Of a stretch of DNA of 48,486 bases, positions 24,362-36,989 are shown piece after piece. A program made the position numbers and the translations under genes. How positions within the stretch are numbered: the first letter of the stretch is position 1; each line of letters starts with the position of its first letter. The stretch covers positions 1 to 48,486 of the forward strand of contig NW_021834439.1 in assembly GCF_006345805.1 (NCBI RefSeq), given 5' to 3'. The notes below the pieces were generated by a model that saw only the letters and a program-made list of their open reading frames with translations, ran no database searches and was not told where the DNA came from. The DNA comes from Octopus sinensis. Lineage: Eukaryota.

Positions 24362-26969
24362 AACAACAAACAAGATGAGGACTAACATCCGTCATTTGTA
24401 AATAATGTAAATAATGTAAATAATTCCTCATCTCCCAAATATAGAACTACGTTAGAAAGGAATTTGTAAAATCTGTAGAAAGGCCCTTCATATTTCTTTC
24501 TGGGTTATTATTGTTATGGCTGGAAGTCTCCTTCAACATTATCATAATCGTGACTTTCTGATATAAAATTATACAATTGAAATAACTACGTCGGATGTTT
24601 GCTCGATCGTTATCAATATGACGAAAGGAAACCCCCATAATATTCCCCAATATAAAAAGATATACTAACGTTGAATAGAATAAATACAGGTGAATAAAAT
24701 CTTTCCTACTTAGTGTCGAATTATGAGATTAGTGTTGCTTTCAAGCGTCTTTATTTCCAGCGCTTGCTTTCGTATTGTGTTTTTCTATTCGTTTACAATT
24801 ACTTCGCAACATCGACGCTACATTTCTGGTTACGCCCTTGCGGTTAAGTGATTTATTTATGTCTTAATTGACTGATTAACTGCATCAACACAAGAATACC
24901 ATTTAGGTCAGCGGGTCGTTGGCCAGAAGGTAATATTTCTACATCCACAAATACAACAACAAACAAAATAAATGTAAAAGGAAATAAATCTGCCCTAAAG
25001 GAAAACGTGCGATGTCAAAAGCTGGAATATAACCCATTGTTTTTGTCCGTCTATTTTGATTTGTTTGTTTGTATTTATTTATATATTTGAAGCATTTTTC
25101 TCTTGATAAGAAATTGCCTTGAAGAGAAGACAGTATTATATTATTTACATAAATAGCTTCAACGAGCTTAGTTCATGGTTGAATCATCTTTGTTTAGTAA
25201 TGTACTGTATCAACTGTTAAGTACATGTTGAAAAGAGGGAAGCGAGATTTTTGCCTTACTGACTTCATTATACAGGCGTCAATGACATTATAGATGGGCT
25301 GATACAAGCGACATACACACACACAATTTAGATTTTTCTGCTATCATCCGTAAGTCACCCTAAAGAAGAGGTCATTTCTTTTGATAAGACTATTAAAATA
25401 TTGCGATATAAATTCGTTTTTTGTAGTGTTGAGCAACCGTCTTCTTGAATAATTGACAAACAAGTCAATATATAAAAAATGTCGACTTCTGTGCTGTTAT
25501 TATTGTTATATCTTTTTCTGCGTGCCAGTGAGATTAAAACTAACCCCCGTAATAATCACAGAGATATTTTAATACAGATTAAAACTGAAAAATGTCCATG
25601 GTGTCTACGCTTGATAAAAGATCGCAAATGGAACTCTTCCAAATGTGAAGAGTAATTCAATCCTCGCAACTCCACTCAGGCGAAGTGTACAGGATAAGGG
25701 GCGAAACCCTTGTGATTCTGAGATACCTGCTAACGATAAGGAATGGTTCCAGCATTGCAATGGATTTAGAAAACCTCACTAAATCTCTGAGTATCTCCTG
25801 AAGTTTCTACGTAGGGCAAACAACCTCAGATGTTTCTTTCACTCAAATTCACCTGTTGTAGCTCAGATTAATTTGCTGTCGTTTAGCTCCTCGTCAGCTC
25901 TGACTGCTGTTTCGGAATTCATAAAAGTGTATGATACATTGTGCCTCTAGATTTTTTAAGACAGTAGAAGTAGAATGCGATTTATTTGATGGAAATTTGT
26001 TACTATTCGAGCAGGTTACTTAGTATATTCTTTGTACCTGTGTACGCTACTTTTTATCTTTGGTGCAAAGAAAGTTATATCTTTCAGTACCACAGGTATT
26101 ATATGTTGTAGTGTCACACCGGTATGGAGTGACTATGGAATAACGTATTTCAAAACTCACAAAGGCTCACAAAACCAAATTTTCTTATTACGAGTAAATA
26201 TATTACTGCGCTCTGACGCATAGATAACATAGTGGGCAAAATGGAGAAGTGTCAAGTGATTTAATTGAGAAAAAAAAATTACCCTAGCAAAAATTTAACT
26301 TGCCACCATGATTCACTTCCTTTGGTTACCCAGTGCCGACTAGAAAAGCTGAACTCTTTGCCTAACCAGTGTGCGAACCGTTACCCAGTCGCTAAACCTG
26401 TTAGAGCTACAAGCCTTATCTCCCTTAGATTACGCCTATCGTCGTAAAAAGTGAAGGGCACAACCACTATATATAAATATATACATAAATATTTAGCTGT
26501 GTGTATTTTTCCCTTGTTAACAATTAACACGGAAAAAATAGATAAACAAATAAATAGATAAATTTGCAATAATATCAGTGATATCTTCGAAACATGTGTC
26601 GGAAGTAAAAGTATTTGAATTACACTTGAAGTATTTGACTAATTTCTTTGCCACTGTGAAAGGGTGCATTTTACCCGAAATACTGTAGGAATGTTAAATG
26701 ACCAATATAAGCTAATGGAATACTTCTCTTTGCTTTAATTTATTGATAACAACTTACATATTTCTCACTTTAATTAATCAAGTGATTTTTTTCAGGTATA
26801 CCATCTATAGTACTCTTTTATAGAAACTGATGTCTATCAATATGCTATGAAAACAATAGGTTTTCGTAATGACTTCAGCAATGCATTAACTATTTACTCC
26901 TAGATATATTTTGCCTGGATATAGGATGCGATAGTCACATGTAGGATTTAAGTAAACAAAAAGGAAACA

Positions 26970-27012
<43 letters not shown>

Positions 27013-27107
27013 TTCTGTTCGTAGAAGTAAGAGATAACAATTTCAACGTTGATGCTAATCACTTTCATTTAACTTCACTGCAATCAGTGCTAAGCATCGA
27101 TAATGAT

Positions 27108-27598
27108 GATGATGATGATGATGATGATGACAACGATGACGACGATAACGATGTGAAGAAGAAGAATAAGAAGGAGGAGGAGGAAGAGAATGAGGAGAAG
27201 AAGACGGAGGAGGAAGAGGTGGTGGTGTGGAGGAGGAGGAGGAGGAGGTGAAAAGAAAAAGAAGGAGGAGGGGAAAAAGAAGAGAAGGAGAAGGAGGAGG
27301 GGAGGTGGAGCAGGAGGAAGAGGGGAAGATGAAGAAGAAGGAAGAGAAGATGAAGAAGGAGAAGAAGAAAAAGAAGGAGGAGGGGAAGAAAAAGAAAATA
27401 ATAATAATAAGGAGGAGGAGGAGGAGGGGGAAGAAGAAGGAAGAAGAAAAGAATAAAAGAAGAAGAAAAAGAAGAAGAAGAAGAGGAAGAAGAAGAAGGA
27501 GGAGAAGAAAAAAGAAAGAGGAGGGGAAGAAAAAGAAAATAATAATAATAAGGAGGAGGAGGAGGAGGGGGGAAGAAGAAGGAAGAAGAAAAGAATAA

Positions 27599-27629
<31 letters not shown>

Positions 27630-27723
27630 AGGAGAAGAAAAAAGAAAGAGGAGGGGTGGAAAAAGAAAATAATAATAATAAGGAGGAGGAGGAGGGGGAA
27701 GAAGAAGGAGAAGAAAAGAATAA

Positions 27724-27754
<31 letters not shown>

Positions 27755-27975
27755 AGAAGGAGAAGAAAAAAGAAAGAGGAGGGGTGGAAAAAGAAAATAA
27801 TAATAATAAGGAGGAGGAGGAGGAGGGGGAAGAAGAAGGAAGAAGAAAAGAATAAAAGAAGAAGAAGAAGAAGAAAAAAAGTAGAAATAGTAGAAGAAAA
27901 GAAGAAGAAGAAGAAGAAGAAGAAGAAGAAGAAGAAGAAGAAGAAGAAGAACAACAACAACAACAACAACAACAA
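27108..27975 (+). repeat. Polypurine higher-order minisatellite built from GAA/GGA/TAA
   Basis: Landmark aaagaaaataataataataaggaggagg recurs at ~27390, 27531, 27661, 27789 (period ~128-141 bp); source of the 439/383/301 aa ORFs. Confidence 0.9.
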
Positions 27976-28149
27976 CAAGACAGAAATAAAGACACTCATC
28001 ATCGTCAGAAGGATTTGTAGTGAGAGTAAGAGAGCCATGGAATGAAGTGTGTGCAATACCGAAGAGTAGTGAACTGCTAATCTGTGTATTGGAAGTGAAG
28101 GACTTTGTGTATATGTGTTCGTTTGTTTGTAGGCGGATGTATGACAGCG

Positions 28150-28605
28150 TAATATGATTATATATATGTGTATATGTATATGTATGTATACGCACACACA
28201 CGACACATACATACACTCATGCACACGCACACGACATATACACACACCACATACACACGCCACATACGCACACTCATACGCACGCACAGGACATATACAC
28301 ACTATACACACACCACATACACACGCCACACACAAAAACACACACACCACAGAAATACCAAACACACCCCACACACATCACACGAACACACTCTACACGA
28401 CACATATCCCACAGACACATACACACGACACACCACACAAACATACAAACCACACACACACAGCACACAGCACACACCACACATACATCACACAAATACA
28501 CACTCCACACACATACACACACCACACACCACACATGTATACACACGACATAAACACATGCCACATACACACACAGACATATATACATAAAGCCACATAT
28601 ATATA
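28150..28605. repeat. Degenerate (CA)-rich cryptic simple repeat
   Basis: Imperfect cacac/catac mosaic; H/T-rich ORFs are artefacts. Confidence 0.9.
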
Positions 28606-28609
28606 TAGT

Positions 28610-28683
28610 TGGAGATGTGGCTGTGTGGTAAGAAGTTTAATATGAGTCGCATGAGGTGGCACCTTGAGCAAGTCCCTTCTAGT
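28610..28683 (+). mobile_element. SINE family A head fragment
   Basis: gtggctgtgtggtaagaag ... gtggcaccttgagcaagt, B box missing; directly followed by a family B copy. Confidence 0.6.
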
Positions 28684-28856
28684 ATGCTTAGCGGTATTTC
28701 GCCCGCAGCTACGTTCTGAATTCAAATTCGGCCGAGGTCGACTTTGCCTTTCATCCTTTCGGGGTTGATAAATTAAGTACCAGTGGAACACTGAGGTCGA
28801 CCTAATTGACTTATCCCTCCTCAAAAACTGCTGCCCTTGTGGAAAAATTTGAAACC
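28684..28856 (+). mobile_element. SINE family B, 5'-truncated, short tail
   Basis: atgcttagcggtatttcg...gtcgactttgcctttcatcctttcgggg...gaaacc. Confidence 0.85.
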
Positions 28857-30828
28857 CTTAATGATTTAATGCTATAGTAACAAGGAAGTAGAAGAAGAAA
28901 AAAAAAGATATTAAAAGAATGTAAGATTTAAATGTTTTTAAAGAGATTTTATCTCCAGGTTATTTGCACTGACCTTGAACTTGTAGGAAGAGTGGCTAGA
29001 GTAAGTAAAATCACAACAAACATATCCGGTTGTCAAATTTAAACTACAGGTATGCAATTTTGACAATGAAAGAATTTTGACTTTGCTAAAAATAAACGAG
29101 TATGTTTGACGCCATAAATGAATGGGAAAGGAAGTTTTATGGTCGGCTTACAACACGTTTAAATTAAAATGTAGTACAAACACTTAGTGGTTGCATAGCT
29201 CCAAATAAATGGCAAATAAAAATTCAGAGGGTCTGCTGCATCAGAATATAAATATGGTTTATGTGTGTTGATTTCATAGTGTTTTATATTTTTATAAAGG
29301 AATGAGAGATATGTGGATATATGGATATCAATATCTCTAGCGGCAGATTTGAGCGACTCTCAAAGGAAAAGGGGAAAAAAAAGTAAAGACGTGTTTCAGC
29401 TTTGACAAGGTAACTGATACTTTATAACTGAATCAAAATGTTGATTGTTGATTTCTTTTCTTTTTTTGACAAATATTATTGTAGATGCAGCTAAGAATGC
29501 TCTAATTTAATATTTACTGAGCAAATATCTGGTAGCAGAGTTGAAAGGTTCCTTGTGGACTTTGAATGACATTAATCCTTCAGGTTTCATCTAGGTCTCT
29601 GCTCTGGTGTCTAACGTTATGTTATATGCTATTTTGCTTTATCATTCATGCTATTGAAAGTATGTATGCTAGTTTATGTATAGAATTGGGTTTACGCTGT
29701 TCCTTACTTACTCGTCATGTTAATTTATATTTCCACGTTTGTCTTAGCCATGCTAGAAAAAATAAGCTTTTGATAGATTTCCAAAAATGTCTAAAGTCAG
29801 ATTAAATAATAGTCGGAAGAGCCTAGGGCTCTTACGGAGCTTAACGCTCGAAGGGTATAAGAATGATAGGGTTCTAAGTTATTAATCCTTGATTGTTAAT
29901 CTCACATTTTGATGTTTTAGTAGTATGTAACTCCGTTTATATCTGAGCCATGAAAATATATTCAACACTGTACACAAGAGATTTTCTCAATATTCTCGTG
30001 AATTTTCTTCGTTTAAATCTTTTCTGGTGGAATTTTTGTAAATACAACAAAATATACAACTATTTACATTGACATATTAAATATGCTCATGGAGAGTGCT
30101 AGAAAGCTTGTTTTAATATATCCTTGACCGAGGGTAACATCTTAAATACACCAAAAAAGGATTTCGTGGACGAAAACGGAAACACAATTAGACAATTCTC
30201 AAGAAAGCAGAGTGGACTCATCAGAGACGGCATCTTTTTTTTTTACAACCAGAACAAGGATGTTACTAATATGCAATCATGGTATCAGGGAGTGTATTAA
30301 AGAGAAAATTATGTATTTGTACGTATAGAAATTCATTGTTGTTTAATACACTTTTAGGAGTATAAGTCTGCATACCTTACATTAGAATATTTTCTATCAA
30401 GCAAATACCAAATATGCTAATCCGAAATTTTTATAATTCGCTCCCTTATATCTCACCTTACGCATTATTAGTATCGTTCTGATTGAATAAAAATAGCGCC
30501 GCTGATGAAAGGATAATAAATACAGATTTAAGTTTGATGATGCACAGTTTAGTTTGAATAATTTTCACGTATCTTAAATTTTGCTGTTTATTGACTGTCT
30601 TAATCTTTTCTATGAAAAACATACCCATTCATTCATACACACACACACATATATACAGAGAGTGAAAGAGAGAGAAAGAGAAAGCGAGTGAGAGGGAAAG
30701 AAGGAGAAAGCGAGTATGAGGGAAAGAAAGAGAGAGAAACAGATAAATAGAAAGGGTTAGATATAGAAATAATAACAGAGTCAATTCCGAGCACACTCTT
30801 CTGTAAGTGGTAAAAGCGGAAGAAAATG

Positions 30829-31087
30829 CAGCAATCCCTCGCCATATCGCGGTTCACATATCGCGCTTCACCTATCGCGGTTCACCTATCACGATATATC
30901 ATTTAAGCTTACGTCGATTCCTCCGTGGTGTTGTTTTGCATTTATAATAAAATATATATATACACTTTATAATAATAATAATAATAATAATAATAATCAT
31001 ACAGTACAGTACTGTTTCTCTTTCGCGGATTTTCACCTATCGCGGTGGGGTTTGGAATACACACCCGCGATAGTCGACGGATTACTG
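30829..31087. mobile_element. Tigger/pogo-like MITE
   Basis: TIRs cagcaatccctcgccatatcgcgg and ccgcgatagtcgacggattactg; subterminal cacctatcgcgg repeats; TA TSD degenerate (TG/AA). Confidence 0.7.
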
Positions 31088-31234
31088 AATTCCTAACAAA
31101 GGATTATAAGAGCATTAATTGAAGTATATCTCTTGGTAAACAAAGGAAAACAGAAAATCCGAGCGTCAGATGTTGTTCTGAATAAATACTACATACACAC
31201 AAACACACACAAACGTTATATGTGTGTGTGAGAT

Positions 31235-31835
31235 ATATATATATATCAACACATAAGAAGTATCCGTCACAAGATTCCTGGCAAGCTAGAATGAGCTGCC
31301 AAAGTCCAAACTACTATTAGGGATGAGACTTCGAAGGGAATGAAAAATAAAAACATTTCCCATCTCTCTCCTGGACCATGGTTCCTGACTTTTTTAGCAA
31401 ATAAAATAATTTGCTAGGCGAAGTCTTCATCAACAGGTACACCTAGATTAAACATATAAGTACGAAGCAATCCAGAATGCGCCTCATGCTTATACATTAT
31501 AATTTCTCAAATTCACCGCGCAAGCGCAGTTGTTTGTCGGCGGCATAACTATAATACCGGCGTTACTTCAAAAATTTTCCAGAAAGAATTATCAATAATT
31601 AATAATATCAGGGTAATAAATATTTTAGAAATTTTTACTACCAGTGGCCTAGCGTGTAGAAAAATTAGTCAATAGACTATATAATACAGTGTACATATAA
31701 ATATAGTTTTCATTAAAATTTTTTTTTTTTTTCATTCCCTTCGAAGTTTTATCCCTAGTGGTTTGGACTTCGGCTGTTCCTTCTAGCGTGCCAGGAATGC
31801 TATGACGGATACCTCTTTATGTGTTTCAATATACA

Positions 31836-31845
<10 letters not shown>
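31235..31845. mobile_element. Long-TIR foldback / MITE (~610 bp) flanked by (TA)n
   Basis: Arm 31248-31347 (aacacataagaagtatccgtca...ttcgaagggaatgaaaaa) is an imperfect inverted copy of 31727-31825. Confidence 0.75.
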
Positions 31846-31893
<48 letters not shown>

Positions 31894-31904
31894 TATATAT
31901 ATAT

Positions 31905-32151
31905 AGTTATCCGTAATAATGAAGGGTGAAATTAATTAATTTGGAATAATTATCAATTACACCAAGTAGTCTTCGGCATGTAAAAGCCTCATTCGAGGAA
32001 AATTTAAGTGATACTAAGCAATAAAGGGTTTAGCAACGAATTGCCTTACCACATACCGAATTTAGTAGAAGAAATAGCTATAACTCTTTGACTGCTATTT
32101 CTAAATTCGGTATGTGGTAAGGCAATTCGTTGCTAACCCTTTATTGCTTAG

Positions 32152-32154
<3 letters not shown>
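31905..32154. mobile_element. TA-embedded element ending in a near-perfect 54-bp foldback
   Basis: 32011-32065 vs 32101-32154 differ by one T; asymmetric, with ~105 bp unique on the left; (TA)n on both sides. Confidence 0.7.
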
Positions 32155-32184
<30 letters not shown>

Positions 32185-32185
32185 T

Positions 32186-32219
<34 letters not shown>

Positions 32220-32231
32220 ATATATATATAT

Positions 32232-32285
<54 letters not shown>

Positions 32286-32689
32286 GGATAGATAGATAGA
32301 TGCAATATGCATTCATATGTATGTTTGTATAGTCACATACATGCATGCATACACAAGCAAGCGCATCTGGATAGAACGAGAGGCAGCGAATGGAAGGGGT
32401 TGTCCTTAAATGCGTAATTCCATATTTCAGCTTGAGAGAAATGTGATAAAAATCTGAGCAACAGACGGAATGTCTCTGCAGGGAGCCCTAAATATTTTTG
32501 TTAGGGTGTGTAAGAGAAAATGTCTCCTTGGGGTCAAGAATAATAAAGAGATTACATTAAAAAAGGATGAGGGTGGGAGAGAAAACGGAAACTGAACTAA
32601 GAGTGTTATATGAAATTATTATAACACATAAGAGGAGAAAAGGAAATAGAAAATTTGGGGAGGGTCACACTCAACGCCGTTTCGTTTGC

Positions 32690-32822
32690 TGTTGTTGTTG
32701 TTGTTGTTGTTGTTGTTGTGGTGGTGGTGGTGGTGGTGGTGGTGTTTGTTGCTGTTGTTAATTCTTACTTTTGATATTGTTTCACGTTTTATCATCGTCG
32801 TAGTCGTCATCGTCATCATCAC

Positions 32823-32890
<68 letters not shown>

Positions 32891-32966
32891 CTGATGTTGT
32901 TGCTTTAGTTTTTATTACTGTTGTTGTTATCATCATTCTCGTCATGATGTTATTGTTATTACAACG

Positions 32967-32997
<31 letters not shown>

Positions 32998-33090
32998 AGG
33001 TGATGATGATGATGATGATGATGGTGATGATCACGGTGATGATAATAACGTTGATGATAGTGAGGAGGACCAGGAGGTGGTAGTAGTAAC

Positions 33091-33121
<31 letters not shown>

Positions 33122-33795
33122 AGTAGGAGGAGGAGGAGGAGGAGGAGTGAGTTGATTGCGTTGACCGTGGGCTGGTAATTGTAACCATGTTGGCTGGTTC
33201 TCGTGCCTCTTGTTGCATTTAACCGTTTGCTGTTCCCGTTGATTTTGGGCGGCGGTGGCGGTGGTAGAAAAGATGTTGATTGTAATTGTGTTATTATTGT
33301 TGTTGTTGATGGTGGTGGTGCTGGTGGTGGTGGTGATGTTCTTGTTGTTGGTGGTGATGGTGGTGATGTTGGTGGTGGTGGTGGTAATGGTGGCGATGTT
33401 TTTGTTGTTGTTGTTGGTGGTGTTGTTGTTGGTGGTGTTGTTGTTGTTGGTGGTGATGCTGGTGATGTTGTTGTTGGTGGTGGTGATGGTGGAAAAGATG
33501 TTGATGGTACCGGTGTTGTTGTTGTTGTTGTTGGTTGTGGTGACGGTGGTGAAAGTGGTGGTTGTGGCGGTTGTAGTGGAGGTGGTGGAAAAGATGATGG
33601 TAACAGTGTTGTTGGGGGGGGGGTAGTGGTGGTAGTGGTGGTAGTGGTGATGGTGGTGCTGATGGTTGTGATTCTAGCAGTTTCGGTATTGGCAATGATG
33701 GTTGCTGTCCCTTGGTGACAGAGACACAGAGCTGCTGCTTAAAGAATTATGTAATGCGTATTATTGTTGTTGTTGCTGTTGTTGTTGTTGTTGCT
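32690..33795. repeat. Trinucleotide mosaic (GTT, GGT, CAT, GAT, TAG, GGA)
   Basis: Direct reading; the G/V-rich 171 aa and H/Q-rich ORFs are repeat translations. Confidence 0.9.
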
Positions 33796-34059
33796 GGAGT
33801 GGTTTAGCTCTAGGACAGGTCTCCTCGATCAAACATTTGATCGAAGGTGCTCCAACCTTCATCATATCATCAATTCCCAGGAACTCATTATTCGATGTGC
33901 TCCGCGTTTAGATTGAGATTTCGCCGTTAAACCTGGCAAATCGATTGCCCTCGTGGGACAGAGTCCAATTAGCTGGTGCAGTGATGTTGATCGTTAAAAA
34001 ATCTGTGAAGCTACGCTAAAAGCCATCGTCGATCACCTTCAGCTAGCTTTTATCACTTG

Positions 34060-34524
34060 TCTTTTACTTGTTTCAAGCATTGGACTGCGGTCATGCTGGA
34101 GCAATGCCTTGGAGAGTCAATCACACGAATCAATCGACCCCAGTACTTATCTGTTTTTAAAACCTGGTAATTATATCGGTCACTTATGCCGGACGGGTAT
34201 GTTAAGGGGACGTAAACGCACGAACACTGGTTATCAAGTGGTGTTGGGGTGAGTGGTGGTGGTACAAACACAGACACCAAGATACACACACACTCATACA
34301 CGCACACACGCACACACACACTCATACACGCACACACGCACACACACACATATATACATTCATACAACGGTTTTTTTCTCAGTTTCCGTCTACCAAATCC
34401 ACTCACACAGCTGTGGACGTCTCGAGCCTATAGTAGAAGACATTTCCCTATGTGCCACTCAGAGAGACTGAACCCGGAACTATGTGGTTGGGGGCTAACT
34501 TCTTACCACACAGCCACACCAGCG
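34060..34524 (-). mobile_element. SINE family A, diverged
   Basis: Head cttaccacacagccacacc, internal (CA)n, tail ttttacttgtttc. Confidence 0.85.
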
Positions 34525-35423
34525 TGAATATAGACGAAATCTATCGATCAACTGATCGTATTAGATTTATCAATCTTCATGGTTTTTTATATATAAGTAT
34601 ATTATATAATATAAATATATAATATAATATAAGTATATTATATTATATAATATAATTATATTACATTATATAAATATATAATATAATGTCTGTTATATAA
34701 TAAGTATAGTATATAAGTATATTATTGTAGCTAGTACACAGTATCGATGTGGATGGTTTCAATAGATATTTACACAGATTTTCAATTGAATTCCTATCAG
34801 ACACCACACCGCGTCCATGACCCAATAAAAGAGCGGCAAAAAAAAACCCATTGAGTTAATTTAATAAAGTGTATTCATCGAATGCTTCTCATTAAGTATA
34901 AAACCTATATTACATAGATTCCAAATAATGGTTGGTTGAAAAGGCTTTAGAATTAGAAGCGAACTGCATTGTGTTTCGTGAAGAATCGAAGACAAAAATG
35001 CATATAAAAGTGTTATTTTACTGTCTTCGAAAGGAATCAGTGAAAGCGACAGTTATAGAACAATACAACGGACAATAAACTATACATTGTGTTGTAATAA
35101 TATAATGCAGTACTCCGTTGACAAGAATGTTAGTTATGTTCAGTAGATGTCTCAAAGTCAGTAGCATTTCGCCCCTTAGTCATTTCGCTTCGCCTGAGAG
35201 CAGCAGTAAAGACTGAAATAGCCTTCGCCTACAGAAGAGTTCCTTCTGCGGTCTCTTTTCAACCACAAGCACCTTGAACTTGTCTTATCTGTCACGGTTA
35301 TCTCCATCGTGGTTTTCTGTTGCCTCGGGGAATGAGTTTACATGCTGTCCTTTAACAAGAGACCTATCAATCAAGTAGAGATATTTGGTAACTTCAATTG
35401 GTACATTACACTATCATGCTTTC

Positions 35424-35633
35424 GTAGTAAAGATTGTTTGCCAACATAACATGGCAGTCCTTGTTTAGGACTAAAGTTGCTGTAATTTTAGCCCCAGGGA
35501 ACATCGTCTCCAGCTGGCTATACATGATCTGTGTCCTTATATTTTCGAACAAGGGAATCTAGTATCCCCACTCAGCTCAAAACAATATCTGTGCATCCCG
35601 ATTTCTGGGTTATTTGTCTTCATCAGCACAGAA
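35424..35633 (-). mobile_element. Hammerhead-headed short element, copy 2
   Basis: Full-length homologue of 9879-10090. Confidence 0.75.
35588..35632 (-). ncRNA. Type I hammerhead motif, probably inactive
   Basis: UCUGUG CUGAUGA agacaaauaaccca GAAA UCGGGA UG CACAGA; triplet AUG breaks the NUH rule and the palindrome is broken. Confidence 0.5.
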
Positions 35634-35740
35634 TAATTACTCGGCTAGAGGTGGCGCCTGCCAAATTCCTGTTCGAAATATTTAGTTTTCAAACTGACAT
35701 CTAGTCACTGATTTATAAATATTCAGCAACAGTACTTTCG

Positions 35741-35793
35741 AGTAAAGATTGTTTGCCAACATAACATGGCAGTCCTGGTTTAGGACGAATGTT
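35741..35793 (-). mobile_element. 5'-truncated third copy of the hammerhead-headed element
   Basis: agtaaagattgtttgccaacataacatggcagtcctggtttaggac; same 3' boundary as the two full copies. Confidence 0.75.
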
Positions 35794-36501
35794 TATGGAT
35801 TTCAAAAACACTCGAGTGATACAGTGTCGACTAATTATCGTTATAATCTCTTCATATTGAATCATCTCAGCTATTTTTATTAGATATGCAAGACGCTGCT
35901 GTTAAGGTTTATCGTATTCAGAACTCTCCTTGAGTTCGTTTCCCACACTATTATTATTATTAATATTCATAAGTGACACTATGCTGCTCTATTTGTATGT
36001 ATTCCAATCATCTCCAAGCCTTGCTTAGTACAAAATCCTTTTCTCAGGAGATACAATACGACCGAAGCATACACGTTTCCGTCCAGCTTTAAAGGAAAAT
36101 GACATTTTTTTGATACATTATCTGAAAGATACAAAAATGTTAACGCTGTTGAGCTTATTACATTTATCTCACTTGTTCGTCGATATTAAAACTTAAACAC
36201 TGCTAGAGGAAGTTATCGATTGCATGGGTAATCTCGATTAATCATAATTTTTTAAATAAGTATTTCTTTCGTTTTCCTTTTAAAATCTCAATATTACATA
36301 ACTGATATCCCATCATAGGCGTATGCGGAACCTTCCTCTTATTGGTAGTTCTGTTTATATAACAACTGGTACATTCATCGCTAAAAACGACGGAAGATCA
36401 ATTTACTACTCTTATTTAAATGAAAACATTGATGAATATATATATACGCTGAAGAAACACACACGCACACACCTAAATACATTTAGATATATACATATAA
36501 T

Positions 36502-36550
<49 letters not shown>

Positions 36551-36580
36551 GTATGCATTTATGTATGTATATATATATTA

Positions 36581-36989
36581 TTCTTCTATTTGTTTTCAGT
36601 CATTTCACTGAGGCCATGCTGGAGCACCACCTTTCGTCGAGCAAATCGACCCCAGGACTTATTCTTTCTAAGGCGGGTATTCATTGTATCGGATTCTCTT
36701 GCCGAACCGCTAAGTGACGGGGTGTAAACACACCAGCATTGGTTGTCAAGCGATGTTGGGGGTGGGGGTGGGGGGGCAAACTTAGACACACAAACATACA
36801 ACATACACACATATATTATATATATATATATGACGGGCTTCTTTCAGTTTCCGTCTACCAAATCCACTCGCAAGGCTTTGGTCGGCACGAGCCTATTGTA
36901 GAAGATACTTGCCCAAGGTGCCACGCGGTGGGACAGCATCCAGAACCATGTGGCTGGTAAGCAAGCTACTTACCACACAGCCACTCCTA
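36581..36989 (-). mobile_element. SINE family A, full length, flanked by (TA)-rich repeats
   Basis: Complete alignment to 22520-22950. Confidence 0.9.

Larger units (their letters stand above)
23806..24450 (-). mobile_element. Penelope-like element (PLE) remnant with inverted 5' pLTR
   Basis: Minus: GIY-YIG-like C-terminus, tRNA-like segment, (TAA), hammerhead (23819-23861). Plus from 24140: second, inverted copy of the same pLTR (24270-24373 matches the reverse complement of 23808-23907). Junction microhomology CTGA at 24140-24143. Confidence 0.85.

Noticed and set aside
25880-25915. Minus-strand CTGACGA
   Set aside because: No stem II or GAAA at a usable distance.
27055-28374. 439, 383 and 301 aa ORFs and K/E/R-rich plus ORFs
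   Set aside because: Stop-free polypurine repeat; homopolymeric in all frames, no domain.
30160-30230. CTGATGAGTCC (minus) near GGACGAAA (plus), hammerhead-like halves
   Set aside because: The matching halves are on opposite strands; the same-strand fold has no valid stem I or III.
31960-32000. Minus-strand CGAATGA-GGC..GCC-GAAG hammerhead-like pattern
   Set aside because: Both conserved core segments are altered and no stem I/III pairing was found; at most a scar.
33203-33718. Glycine/valine-rich 171 aa ORF
   Set aside because: Lies in a GGT/GTT trinucleotide mosaic open in several frames, with no signal peptide or splice support.
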